Below, piece after piece: positions 1 through 11,922 of a stretch of 64,000 nt of DNA. Source of the DNA: Cycas panzhihuaensis (lineage: Eukaryota > Plantae > Cycadophyta); contig CM041465.1 in the NCBI GenBank assembly GCA_023213395.1, positions 128,843,741 through 128,907,740 of the forward strand, given 5' to 3'. Made by a program: the position numbers and the translations under genes. The notes under the pieces were generated by a model that was not told where the DNA came from, did not search any database, and worked only from the letters and a program-made list of their open reading frames with translations. How positions within the stretch are numbered: position 1 is the first letter of the stretch; each line of letters begins with the position of its first letter.

Positions 1-129
1 AGCACTCGTCACCAAATTGAACTTAGGAGGTTGAGGACGAGGCCAATACAATCCTAGAATGCGAGGCAGAGCACCAACCGGCATCAAAGGCAGTTGGATT
101 GAATAAATAGGAAGAGCAAGAGCCACTCG

Positions 130-1769
130 GCGTGATGCAAGGGTCTACTTCAACTACGGGAAATTTGGTCATTTTTCAAGTAATTGCAGGGCTTTTGATG
201 TTTGTTATCACTGCAGGCAAACTGGACGCTACCCATATTAATGCTACCAACGACGAGCTGAAATCCAGAAAGGGAAGCAAGTCTTAGGAAACTACAACAA
301 AGAATGAGATTCAATGGAGGACGAAGTTGAAACTACTTTTGTAGCTGCTATAGTTGCCAGTTCTAGTGCCACAGAAAATTGGTATGTTGACTCAAATGCT
401 TTCCACCACATGACTAGAGTTGAATAATGGTTTGAAATTCTGAAACCATATGATCTTAATAAGACCGTGGAAATAGTTCCAAATTTTCTCCTTCACATAA
501 AAGGGATTGGTCAGGTAGCCATAAAACTTGATGGAAAAATTCAACGAATAGGCAATGTCCTTTTTGTATAAAGTATGAAGAAAAATCTCTTGTTAGTATC
601 TCAGTTAAGTGAAAAAAAGTTGATGAAAATGGTCATTGTTACATTCTGAATATAGAAAAGAATGGTATTGTAATAGCTGAAGGGGTAAAATATAACAAAC
701 TCTATAAGTTGCTTTCCACCTCTATGATACCTGACAAAGGACCTACCAAACCCATGTCTGATGTAAATTCACTTGCTATGGAAAGTAATGTTGCTAATGA
801 AATGTGGCACTTGAAGTATGGACATATCTCACATGATAGATTAGAAAGATTAAAAAATTTAAGAATGGTAAATGGTCTGCTTAATATTTCATTTAATTCA
901 TTTATATGCAAAAGTTGCATGATGGGCAAACAACACAGGATTCCGTGTGCAAAAAACACATGGCGAGCACGAAATAAATTGGATTTGGTTCATACTGATC
1001 TATGTGATCCCTTCACACTAGTTTCAACAAACAATGCACAGTATTTTCTAAATTTTATTGATGGTTTCTCCAAAAAAACACGGGTCTATGTTTTGTTCAA
1101 CAAATCAGAAGCATTTGATTATTTCAAAGAATTCAAAGTAGAAGTGGAATTGAAAAACAACCAGAAAATCAAATGTGTCCGTTCTGACAAGGGAGGAGAG
1201 TATGTGTCCAAAGAATTTCTCCAGCTTTGTAAATTGCATGGAATCTACAGGCAAGTCACAACTTTGTATATACCACAATCAAATGGTGTAGCGGAGAGAA
1301 TGAACAGAATAATTTTAGAAATGGCTTAGTGTTTGTTGAATGACAGGGAAATCACAAAAAGGTATTGGGTAGAAGCCAAGACACGGTGTATCGGTTAATG
1401 AAGTCCAACTCAAGCCTTGGACAAAGTAACACCTGAAGAAGCGTGGAGTAGGCATAAACCAGACGTAAGTCATCTTAAGGTCTTTGGCTATAAAGCATAT
1501 GTACATATTCTCGACCAAAAGATAACCAAATTAGATAATCAAAGCATAGAGTGCATAATGGTTGGATTCAATAATCGCTCAAAAGCATATAGGTATCTTG
1601 ATCCAGAAACAATTAAACTATATGTTAATAGGGACGTGGTATTTGATGAAGGCATAAGATGTACCAAGACAAAATATTAGGAAATGAACATAGAGATCAA
1701 TGATAACAGAAAATTGAATATAGTTCAATTAGATGAGGAATTAGTAATTACCTTAGAAAGTGTTGAAAC
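130..1769 (+). pseudogene. Copia A gag C-terminus / protease / integrase remnant
   Basis: ORFs 709-1329 and 1417-1680 carry integrase motifs; stops and frameshifts. Confidence 0.9.
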
Positions 1770-2000
1770 TGATAAAAACTCAATAGAACTCAACAGAATT
1801 TTGATAGGGGAGAGAAAACTGACTTGCCTCTTCATTGAGTTTCAATCTTCTTAAATATACATCATAAGAGTGACCGTTACATATTGAAATGTAACTGATC
1901 AATTCAACGACCAAGTGTCATAATCTTACATTAGAGTTACATTTGAGGGTGGTCTCAACATGACCCCCTTTTCATCTAGATAAAACATTATATTTCAACA
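1770..2000 (-). repeat. 3' LTR of Copia B
   Basis: TG...CA, matches 6740-6961, with a 10-bp local duplication near 1785. Confidence 0.95.
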
Positions 2001-2007
2001 CCCTCTC

Positions 2008-5000
2008 TTAATGTTTTATCTCTAATAGATTCATTTTGTTTCTTAGATACTTAAGTCTTTCTTTTCCAAGAGTCTTTGTTAAAAGATCTGTAATTTGTTC
2101 TGATGATGAACAATACTCTAGATCAATTTCTTTGTTATGTACCTTCTCTCTTATGAAGTGATGATGAACTTCTATGAGCTTTAGTCCTTGCATGAAGAAC
2201 TGGATTTTTAGTTAGCTTGATGGAACTTTGATTGTCGCATTTTAATAAGGTTGCTTCCTTTTGTTGTTGTTCTAGGTCGACTAGAAGTTGTCTTAATCAA
2301 ATAGCTTCACAAGTTGTCGTCAGACTTTATATTCTCGCTCAGAGAAGATAATGCAACAGTAGCTTGTTTCTTACTACACCAAGAAACTGCTGAAGATCCC
2401 AGAAAGTAGTATCCACTGGTGGACTTTCTTTGTTCTTTGTCTCCAGCCCAGTCGGAGTCGCAATACCCTGATAATTTTGTTGAACCTCCTTTTGGATATA
2501 CTAGTTTTAAGTCTGTTGTTCCCTTGAGATATCTCAATATTCTCTTTGCAGCCTGCCAATGTCTTAACTTAGGATTTTGAATATACCTGGACACCAGTCC
2601 TACTGAATGAGATATGTCAGGCCTGGTAGCTGTCAAATAAATTAAGCTTCCAATCATTTGTCTATACAAAGTGATGTCTGCATCCTCCTCCATATTATCT
2701 GCCATTAATTCACAGTTTGTTTCCATGGGTGTTGTACAAGAGTTGCAGTTTTCCAACTGAAATCTGGCAAGTAAATTTTTGATGTAATTACTTTGGGACA
2801 AGGTTATATAATTTTGATATTGACCTATTTCTAGTCCCAAGTAATAATTTAGAGAACCCAAGTCTGTCATTTCAAACTTCTGCTGGAGTTGTTCTTTAAT
2901 GTCTTTAATGCCTCTTTCGTTATTTCCAGTGAGAAGCATATCATCAACATAGACTACAATTATTGTAATCTTATCATCCCTTTTTCTTATGTATAGATTG
3001 GAGTCTGAGATACATCGTTTGAACTTATTTTCTTCAAGAAAGTGATCTAGTTTGGCATACCAGGCTCGAGGGGCCTGTTTCAGACCATACAACTCCTTTT
3101 TTAATTTACAAATTATATTTTCTTGCCCTTTTTGAATATACCCTTTAGGTTGTTGCACGTAGACTTCTTCTTCCAGTTCTCCATTTAGAAAGGCGCTTGT
3201 TATGTCCAATTGAGAAATCTTCTAATTTTGTGTTGCGGCTAGAGCAATTACTGTCCTTACAGTATTCATTTTTGCCACATGAGAAAAAGTTTCATCAAAG
3301 TCTACCCCTATTGTTTGTGTGTATCCTTTTGCAACTAATCTTGCTTTATACTTTTCTATCTTACCATCCATTCCCTTTTTTGCTTTGAAAACCCATTTAC
3401 AGTTGACAGCAGATTTGTTGGTAGGTAGTTCTACCAATTCCCATGTCTGATTCCTTTTGATTGAGTTCATTTCACTGTCCATGGCAGCCTTCCACTCCTG
3501 ACGATCTTTTGCTTCTTGAAAGGTTTGAGGTTCGACTCTGCTTAGTAGAGCTTTTGTTCTTTGACTTCTTGTTTTGTGTTCCATTATATTGCTTTTTCCC
3601 TCCTCAATTGTTTTAATGTACCATTTTGGTAACTTTTTCTGTTTTTGTGAATCTTCCTTTTTGTTAGAATCCTTTGTTGCCTCATTAGTTTCACTTGAAC
3701 CTGTTGATGATGGAGGAAATGCCTCTTCTTCTGAAGTGATTTCTGATCCATCCTCTCACTTAGTTTCCTTTGCAGCTTCTTGTTCAATTTCTTTTTCACT
3801 TCCATCAATTACTCTAATTTGTGAAGATTCGTTAGGATCTTCTTCATTAAAAATTACATCTCTGCTTACATAGATCTTGTTAGTTTTAGGATCTATGCAT
3901 TTGTAGGCTTTTGAATTTTTGCTGTAGCCTATCATAATACATTCCTTGCTTTTTGCATCTAGTTTGGATCTTTTCTTATCTGGAACATAAACAAATGCTT
4001 GACTGCCAAAAATTTTAAGAAGACTTATATCAGATTTCTTGCCTGTCCAAGCTTCTTCAAGAGTGATATCCTTCAAGGCTTTGGTTGGACTGCTTATCGA
4101 TAACAAGTCAGGCTCACTGCTCGCCTAATAGCATTTTGGTACATTTTTTTCATAAACCATACTCCGAGACATTTCCATTAAGATTCTATTTTTTCTTTCA
4201 AGCACTCCATTTGACTAAGGTGCGTAGGGGGTTGTAACCTGTCTGCGTATTCCTCGATCCTTGTAATAATTCAGGAACTCTTTTGATATATATTCGCCTC
4301 CTCCATCTGACTTGATGCATCTAATTTTTGTTCCTGATTCTAGTTTTGTTTTTACCTTAAATTCTTTGAATGCTTCAAAAACTTCTGACTTATTATGTAG
4401 AAAATATACCCATACCTTCCGAGTGAAATCATCAATGAATGTTAGAAAGTATCTACATCCATTGATTGTGAGTGGTGTAATTGGCCCACATATATCTATA
4501 TGTATTAATTCCAACTTTGATTGAGCCCTCCAGATGCTTTCCTTGAAGGGATGCCTGTGTTGTTTGCCTAACTGACATCCTTTACAAACAAAGTTATTTG
4601 ACGAGATGACAGGCAATCCATTCACCATTTTCGATTTTTCCATTAATCTTAATGTGTCAATTGGGAGATGTCCATACTTTAAATGCCAAGCTTTATTACT
4701 AGATTTGATAGCAGTACAAGCATTTTCTTCTAGGTTAGGAAGCTGTGGATCCGATGAAGTTTATAAAGATCATTACACCTTACCCCTTTTGCAATGGTTT
4801 CTCCGTTCCTCTTCATATCTAAAATATGGCAGTACCCTTCTTCATCAAAGACTATTCTCAACCCCTTTTTGCTCAATTGAGAGACAGAAAGAAGATTCAT
4901 TTTTAGGCCTGGAACAAGCAAGACATTTCCAATTTTCTTTACATCCCCTTCCAAATTTACAGAGATGGTCCCGACCCCTTTTATATCAAATGGATACCTA

Positions 5001-6090
5001 CCCCTTTTATATCAAATGGATACCTATCACCCAATTCAACTGATTTGTCTAGATTACAGGGTCTTAAGGTTTCAAACCAATCTTCACAATTAGTCATATG
5101 TCTTGATGCTCTTGAATCTATGTACCATATATCATTGTCTTTTATGCTAGTGGCCAGAGCAATAATGAAGGCAGTCTCTTCTTCCTCCTCTTCTGTTTTC
5201 TCTTTGCTGTATCCTCCAACAGGTCTTTTTCCTTTCTGGATCTCACTTCATCTTTGTGGGCATTGATATGGATAGTGCCTGCTCTGTCTGTAGTAGCAAC
5301 ATATATCAAAAATTCAGCAGTTGCTGGAGATGTGTCCGGTTCTTCCACAATTGAAACATATTCTCGTTTCTCTGCTTTGTCCATGTCCTCTTGAATCTTG
5401 CCAGCGTCCACGTCCTTTGAGGTCAGGTGTTATGCCTCATCCATGAAATTGATATCTTCCTCTTGATCCTAGATTTAGTCTAGATGCAAAGGCATCCTCC
5501 AATTCTGAAGTGTCTTCATACCTTTTGTTTCATTTTTCCTGTCTTAATAATAATACTGTTAATTCATCAAGTGTTATCTGATCAATTCTATCACTATTTG
5601 TGATAATATTGATGGTCGTGTCAAATGATTTGGGCAGCTTTGATGCTACAAGTTCTACTAATTCTTGTTCATAAATTAGTCCTCCAGCACTTAAAAGATT
5701 GTTCCTGATTGAAATGATCTTATCCATAAACTTTGTTATGTTCTCATTTTCTCTCATGTGAAGTTTATACATTTCCTCTTTAAGAGCAATTATTCTTGCC
5801 TTATTTTTCTGCCCATACGGAGTTTCTAGACATTTCCAAATTTCAGAGGACAGATTTAATTTCAAAACTGGATCAGAAATTGACATTTTTAAAGTGAGAA
5901 CACCTATGTTATTTCTTTCTTCCCAGTTTGCCAGCTTTGAATATGAGTCATTTGGATGTGCTTCAGCTCCTATTGCAATTTTCCGTGCATTTTTGACCCT
6001 TAGGATAGTTTCCACCTTAATTTTCCAAACATGATAGTTTGTATCAGTCAATTTTTCTGGTTCTGGCAGAGAAATGAGTGTGGAAGCCAT
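2008..6090 (-). pseudogene. Copia B gag-pol (Gag, CCHC, PR, INT, RT, RNase H), frameshifted
   Basis: ORFs 5530-6090 (KLTDTNYHVWK Gag N-terminus), 4215-4643 (INT), 2307-3209 (RT YVDD, YCDSDWAG), 2008-2193. Confidence 0.93.
4975..5026. repeat. 26-bp perfect tandem duplication inside Copia B protease region
   Basis: ccccttttatatcaaatggataccta twice. Confidence 0.9.
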
Positions 6091-6739
6091 TTACACAGAG
6101 AGAAAACAGGTTGCTAGTATCTGGGTCATACCCTTGTACGGACCGGTACAAAAAGTACCTCAGAAGAAAGAGGAGAAGATGACAGTTCTGAATCTAAAAT
6201 TATTTTTTTAGGACAGTCTATGGATTGAGAGAAAACTGGGACAAAAAACAGAACAGGGCAGTTAGGGCAAAACCCATTTTTGCAAGAAAAAGAGAAATCT
6301 CTTCATCAAATCTACCAAAGATTGTCTTAAAATCTTCTTAAGGCTCTGACACAGAGTTTATAACAGGTTTGATCCAAAAAATTTGAAAGAATTCAGAGAA
6401 ATCTTTAGTTGTTCAGTTGTACCTCCAATCCCGTGCGGTTGAGAAATTGCCAAAAAGTCCTCTAAAACTTCTTCAAATGAAGTTGACCCTGAAGGGAGAA
6501 ATGACGGGGACGATGAGATCTCTCTGCTGGTGAAGTTTCGTCTCAATCTGAGACACTTGAAAATTTTGTCCGTACTCTATCCGTACGAAGTCTTTATTGT
6601 CCTCTAGTCCTGCTCTTTTCAATCTTGTTTGAGCTCCCAGATATCTTTTATGTCTGTCTGCTTCTTTATCTCAGAACTGTCTTTGATAGTTACTAGAGGC
6701 CCTCTCTCAATCAGGCAGAGTAACCTAGCTCTGATACCA

Positions 6740-6961
6740 TGATAAAAACTCAACAGAATTTTGATAGGGGAGAGAAAACTGACTTGCCTCTTCATTGAGT
6801 TTCAATCTTTTTAAATATACATCATAAGAGTGATCGTTACATATTGAAATGCAACTGATCAATTCTGAACAACCAAGTGTCATAATCTTACATTAGAATT
6901 ACATTTGAGGGTGGTCTCAACATGACCCCTTTTCATCTAGATAAAACATTATATTTCAACA
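6740..6961 (-). repeat. 5' LTR of Copia B
   Basis: Adjacent to PBS TGGTATCAGAGC on the minus strand. Confidence 0.95.
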
Positions 6962-8708
6962 GAGACTGGAAGCGAAATTTCAGGTGAAAAGACACCTGAC
7001 AACTATCAGCCAAGTGGCCTTGATATCACACAAGAAGAAGAAGAGTAGAAATTAGAGCAAGTACAAAGCTCTAAAAAGGTACCAAAATGGTATCTTAAAA
7101 CTCTTGAAGAAACAAAAAAAGTGTTTGAACACAGGACAAGATCTCAGAAACCACAGGCACTAATTTGCTCTATTGAACCAAAAACATTTGAGGAAACAAG
7201 CAAATTTCAAGCCTGGATGACAACAATGGATGTTGAAATGGAAGTCATTTACAAAAATGAGACTTGGGATTTAGTAGAACCTCTTGAGGATAAACCCATT
7301 ATAAATTGCAAATGGATATATAGAGTAAAAGAAAAACCAAATGGAGAAATTGAGAAATACAAAGCAAGGTTGGTGGCAAAAGGCTATATAGAAATTGTTG
7401 TAATTGACTATGAAGAAACATTCTCACTAGTGGCAAAATTAAACATTGTGAGAATAGTAATTGCAATAGCCACTCCGAAAGGATGGAAGATCTATTAGAT
7501 GGATGTAAAGAGTGCCTTCCTAAATATAGATCTTCAAGAAGAAATCTATATGCACTAACCAAAAGGATACACCAAATATGGGCAAGAGAACTTGGTCTGC
7601 AAACTAAGAAAGGCATTATATAGACTCAAGCAAGCAACAAGGGCCTAGTACGCCAAGCTGTTCAAATATCTTATCCAAAATGGTTTTTGCAGGTGCGAAT
7701 CAGATCATAGCCTATATGTAAAGTTCAATCAAGGTCTAGTCTCCATTATAGTAGTGTATGTAGATGATATGTTTATCACAAGGAGTTATGTAGATTCAAT
7801 TGCACTCATCAAAAGGAAAGTTTGAAAGAATTTTTAAAATGACAGACCTTGGAACATTGCATTATTATCTGGGAATAGAGATTGGATGAAACAACAATTT
7901 TGTTATCTTGTCTCAATCTAAATGTATCAAAAATGTGCTAAAAAGGTTTAATATAGAAAATTGCAATAGTGTTGTCACTCCTATGGAAATTGGTTGTGTG
8001 TTGAATATTGAACAAGAAGCACAACCAGTTAATGCAACTACATACAAACAACTGATTGGAATCTTGATCTATCTTACAGCCACCAGATCAAACATTTCTT
8101 ACGCAGTTGGTGTGGTCTTCAAGTTCATGGAAAATCTAAAAATACCTCATTAGAATGCTGCAAAGAGAATTTTGTAGTATTTGAAAGGAACAATAAATCT
8201 TGGATTAGAATATGTAAAAGACAACAATATGCAATTAACAGGATTCAGTGATTCTAATTGGGCAGGAGATAGAATGGACAGAAAATCCACTTCAGTATAT
8301 TGTTTCTTTCTAGGAATAACCTTAATTTCCTGTAGCAACAAAAAACAACATACAATGGCTTTGTCTTCAACAGAGACAGAATACAAATCAATAGTAAATG
8401 TAGCTTGTGAATGAGTATGGATCAGACAACTCCTAAAGGATCTTAGAGAAGAACAAACATCACTTACTTAGTTATTCTGCGATAACCAAATCACAATCAA
8501 GATGACAGAAAATCCAATACTGCATGCAAGGACCATACATATGGAAGTGCATCATCATTTCATTAGAGAAAAAGTACAGAACAAATAGATTGAACTTCTA
8601 CATTGCACTTCAAAAAATTAAACTGTTGATGTTCTTACAAAACCCTTAAGTAGAGACAAGTTTTTCTTATTTAAAAATAGGTCAGGAGTAAAATAGATAA
8701 AACATTAA
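6962..8708 (+). pseudogene. Copia A reverse transcriptase-RNase H remnant
   Basis: ORFs 7121-7498, 7908-8153, 8181-8414; ends ...IKH* directly before PPT. Confidence 0.9.
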
Positions 8709-8715
8709 GAGAGTG

Positions 8716-8923
8716 TGTTAGAAGTAATGTTTTATCTAGGATACTGTGTAAACGTAAAGTATATTTAAGACACTTTATAAGGGTCATGTATCATTCCCCC
8801 TTTTTCTCTCTGAGTGACAAATGGCAAGATTACATTGAGCGGTTGCCATTTGTCTCATACAAGTTGTAATGTATTTATATAGAATTCATCCTCATTAATG
8901 AAATCATTTGAGTTCTTTTTACA
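8716..8923 (+). repeat. 3' LTR of Copia A (right end 8923, alternatively 8932)
   Basis: Starts TGTTAG after PPT aagagagtg; similar to B/F LTR starts; Gypsy RNase H homology resumes at ~8924. Confidence 0.7.
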
Positions 8924-10651
8924 GGAATAACATTAGCCATCTACTTATTCTTCCCTTTATTATAGGTTTATTTATGAGATACATTAGGGCTTGATGATTG
9001 ACAAAGAATATAAATGGTTTGGACAATAAATAATGTCAGAATTTATGCAATGCATAGACCATTCACAATCCTTCCCGTTTAGTGGTAGTATAATTCTACT
9101 CTGCTTTTGTCACTTTTCTACTCGCAAAGTAAGTGTGGTGGTCCATCTTGTCATCACTAGTTTGGGCTAATACACACCCAATAGCATACTGTGGTGCATC
9201 GACATGTACATGAAAAACCTTTTCCCAATTTAGAAATCTTAATATCAGTGCAAATATAATGGCTTTCTTTAGAGATTCAACAGCCTCTTGTCGCTCCATG
9301 TTCAACTCCCATTCTGTATCCTTTTTCAATAAATCTTCTAATGGGCCTGATATACATGCATACCCCCTGATAAACTTCCTGTAATATCTCGTTAGTCGGA
9401 AGAATCCTTTCAATTGTTTCCTTGTGAGAGGTGTTGGGAAGTGTAAAATGATAGAAACTTTGGCTAAATTCGTCAGTAATCCCTTTCGATTCACAATTTG
9501 GCCTAATAAGTTGTCGAATGGTACCAAAAAGGTGCATTTCTATGGGTTGAAACATTGTTTATTTTCCCGAAAAGTTTGTAGCATTTCCCTTAAGTTGTCC
9601 ATTTGGTTTTTCATTAGTCCATACAATGTCCAGTCGTCAAGAAAAACTGTCACTTTTCCACCAATCATTTTGCAAAAGATATTTATAACAATCCTTTGAA
9701 AAGTGGTTAGTGCATTGGTAAGGCCAAAGGGCACTACCCTATATGTGTATGTTCCCCATTTTGTGACAAAAGCTATTTTTGCTTGATTTTCTGGAGCAAT
9801 CTAAACTTGATTGTATCCACTAAATCTGTCTATGAATGAATACATTTCATTTCCTCCTACCATCTCTAAAACATCTTTTGTGAATGATAACAAAAGAGGA
9901 TCTTTCTTTGTTACTTTATTGAGCTACCTATAATCCACACAAACTCTTATTTTTCCAATTTTCTTTGGTACTACTACCACAGGGCTTACCCAATCGCTGT
10001 AGTTAATCTCATAGATATAACCAGCCTCTGGCATTTTGTTCAGTTCTGCTTTCACTTTTTCCTTGTATTTTGGATTCATTCAGTATGGTCTTTGTTTTAC
10101 TAGTTTAGCACCTTCAATCAAATCAATAGGGTGCATTCCTATCTCTAGAGGAATGCCCTTAAGGTCCTTGTATGACCATGTAAACACATCATAGTATCCC
10201 TCAAATAGTTGTTGGGCTTACGCCACTCTTTTATCATCCCAATAATTCCCAATATGTATGTTTTTTGGGTTTTCTTTAGTTCCCAAATGGATTTTAGCAG
10301 TTTTCAACGCCATTTTTTAAATGTTGTTTCGTTCATTGATGTGATGAGTAGGGGTATTTTCGATCTCTTTTTGTCCATAATTGACTTCTGTAAACTCTAG
10401 AGGGTAATTATTGTTTTCTTCCTCATTATCCTTGGGGTCACTAATTTCCTCCCTTCGTACTGATGACATTGATTTTGATTGCTCTATCTCTATGCTTAAC
10501 TTCCTAATTTCTTTGAGTATTTTATCAATTTTCTTGTCATAGGAAGAATGTGAGAACATTTTTATGAAAGATTCCCTAAGATTGTTCCATGCTACTTTCA
10601 AGGTTTTTTCTTTCCCTACTAGCCATTTTTTCCCTATTCGTCTTAAGGTAT
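8924..10651 (-). pseudogene. Gypsy C RT-RNase H and adjacent spacer
   Basis: ORFs 9096-9527, 9540-9734, 10317-10694. Confidence 0.88.
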
Positions 10652-11279
10652 TGTAGCATCCCAAAATATGGCCAAAACTATACTGTGTGACCATTCAAAT
10701 TGAAGGTCTGTGAACCAAGATTCTAATGGTTTAGACGAAAGTCAATTCTAACATCTATAACAAAAGTTATGACCGTTTGAAGATTTTGACTTACTAGTTT
10801 TAGGGAGAGTTCTAACCAACTTCCAGTCTTGGTTTTGGGCAGATATATACCCCTTTTCTGGCTGCCTTATATTAGTATCTTTGGCTGCCTATTTAAGGAG
10901 GATTTGGAACCTCATTTGGGCGTCTCAGAGCCATATTTGGATTACTATAAATTTGACCTTGAGGCTGCTATTTACTCGCCCTTAGGGCTGCACTATTTAG
11001 AGGGAACCTTGCCTCGAAGAGGGTAATGATAGTAAGAGCATTTTGGCATCTATATCATTCATCTTCCAGTTCTTCTCTAAAGATACACATTGCTGCCCTT
11101 GCAAATATATTTTAACTATATTTTGGAAGCATTATTTTCTTTGTTCTAGCTCTTTTAATCTCCAATCTGTGTTAAGAGGTTCGACATGTGTGATCAAAAC
11201 ACTTCATACTTCCAATGGAGTTGTTACTTTTAAAGGATTTTTCCAGGAGATTCCAGGACAAGTAAAAGTTACTACTTCA
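10652..11279 (+). repeat. 5' LTR of D
   Basis: TGTAGC...TTCA followed by PBS. Confidence 0.93.
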
Positions 11280-11323
11280 AGTGGTATCGGAGCTTCGTTT
11301 CGAAGCGGGAATTCCCAATTTCA

Positions 11324-11720
11324 TGTTAAAAATAATGTACATTCCCATTTCATGTTCATTTAAGTTCATTTCATCTCATGTAATTAGAATATTTCCTGAC
11401 ATGGAATATTTTTAGTGAGAGAATATTCTTAGTCAAAGTCATTTAATATGGTGGTTAGTAGGAGTCAAAGATGGCTGAAACATTAACTATGGAAGTTGAT
11501 AGCCTACCATAATTTGAGGGAGTAGTTAATTAACCATTATGATATGGTTAGAACTAATTTTTATTTTTAGTACATATGTAATCTATATATTATTTACTCT
11601 ATTATATTTGATAATGAGATTGTTGGAGAGTTGTGAAACATTGACATATTGTCATCTCTTGTAGTTTTCTTACATGTGCTTTATGTCATGTCTCCTCCTC
11701 TTATCCACTTTCTTCCTACA
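11324..11720 (+). repeat. 5' LTR of E
   Basis: TGTT...TACA then PBS. Confidence 0.93.
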
Positions 11721-11922
11721 TGGTATCAGAGCCAGGTTAAGCAGTTGTGTGATGCCATATCTTAGTGTTAGATGCTGTCCTGAAGAGCTTGAATCCTCTT
11801 AAGATCTATATCTTTTTGGATTATATGCTTTTGACATGGACTAGTGCGTTTGACTAACTAAGAATCAGATATGGTTGTGTATCACAATGATGTACATGCA
11901 TGTGCTATTTAGGTTGGAGACT

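Larger units (their letters stand above)
1770..6961 (-). mobile_element. Full-length Ty1/Copia element B
   Basis: LTRs 1770-2000 and 6740-6961 (about 5 substitutions, 3 indels); tRNA-iMet PBS 6728-6739; PPT 2001-2010; TSD GAAAC (1765-69)/GAGAC (6962-66). Confidence 0.96.
1..8923 (+). mobile_element. Ty1/Copia LTR retrotransposon A (5' end outside window), degenerate, interrupted by Copia B
   Basis: PR motif WYVDSNASHHM (~380), GAG-pre-integrase WHLKYGH, integrase (HTDLC, RSDKGGEY, NGVAERMNR) 709-1680; RT/RNase H 7121-8708 (KARLVAKGY, YVDD, SDSNWAG); PPT then LTR at 8716; frame rejoins across B (VET-GSEISG). Confidence 0.92.

Noticed and set aside
6728-6739. tRNA-Met match (also at 11282, 11721, 16261, 24747, 35018, 61172)
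   Set aside because: 12-13 nt primer-binding sites, not tRNA genes
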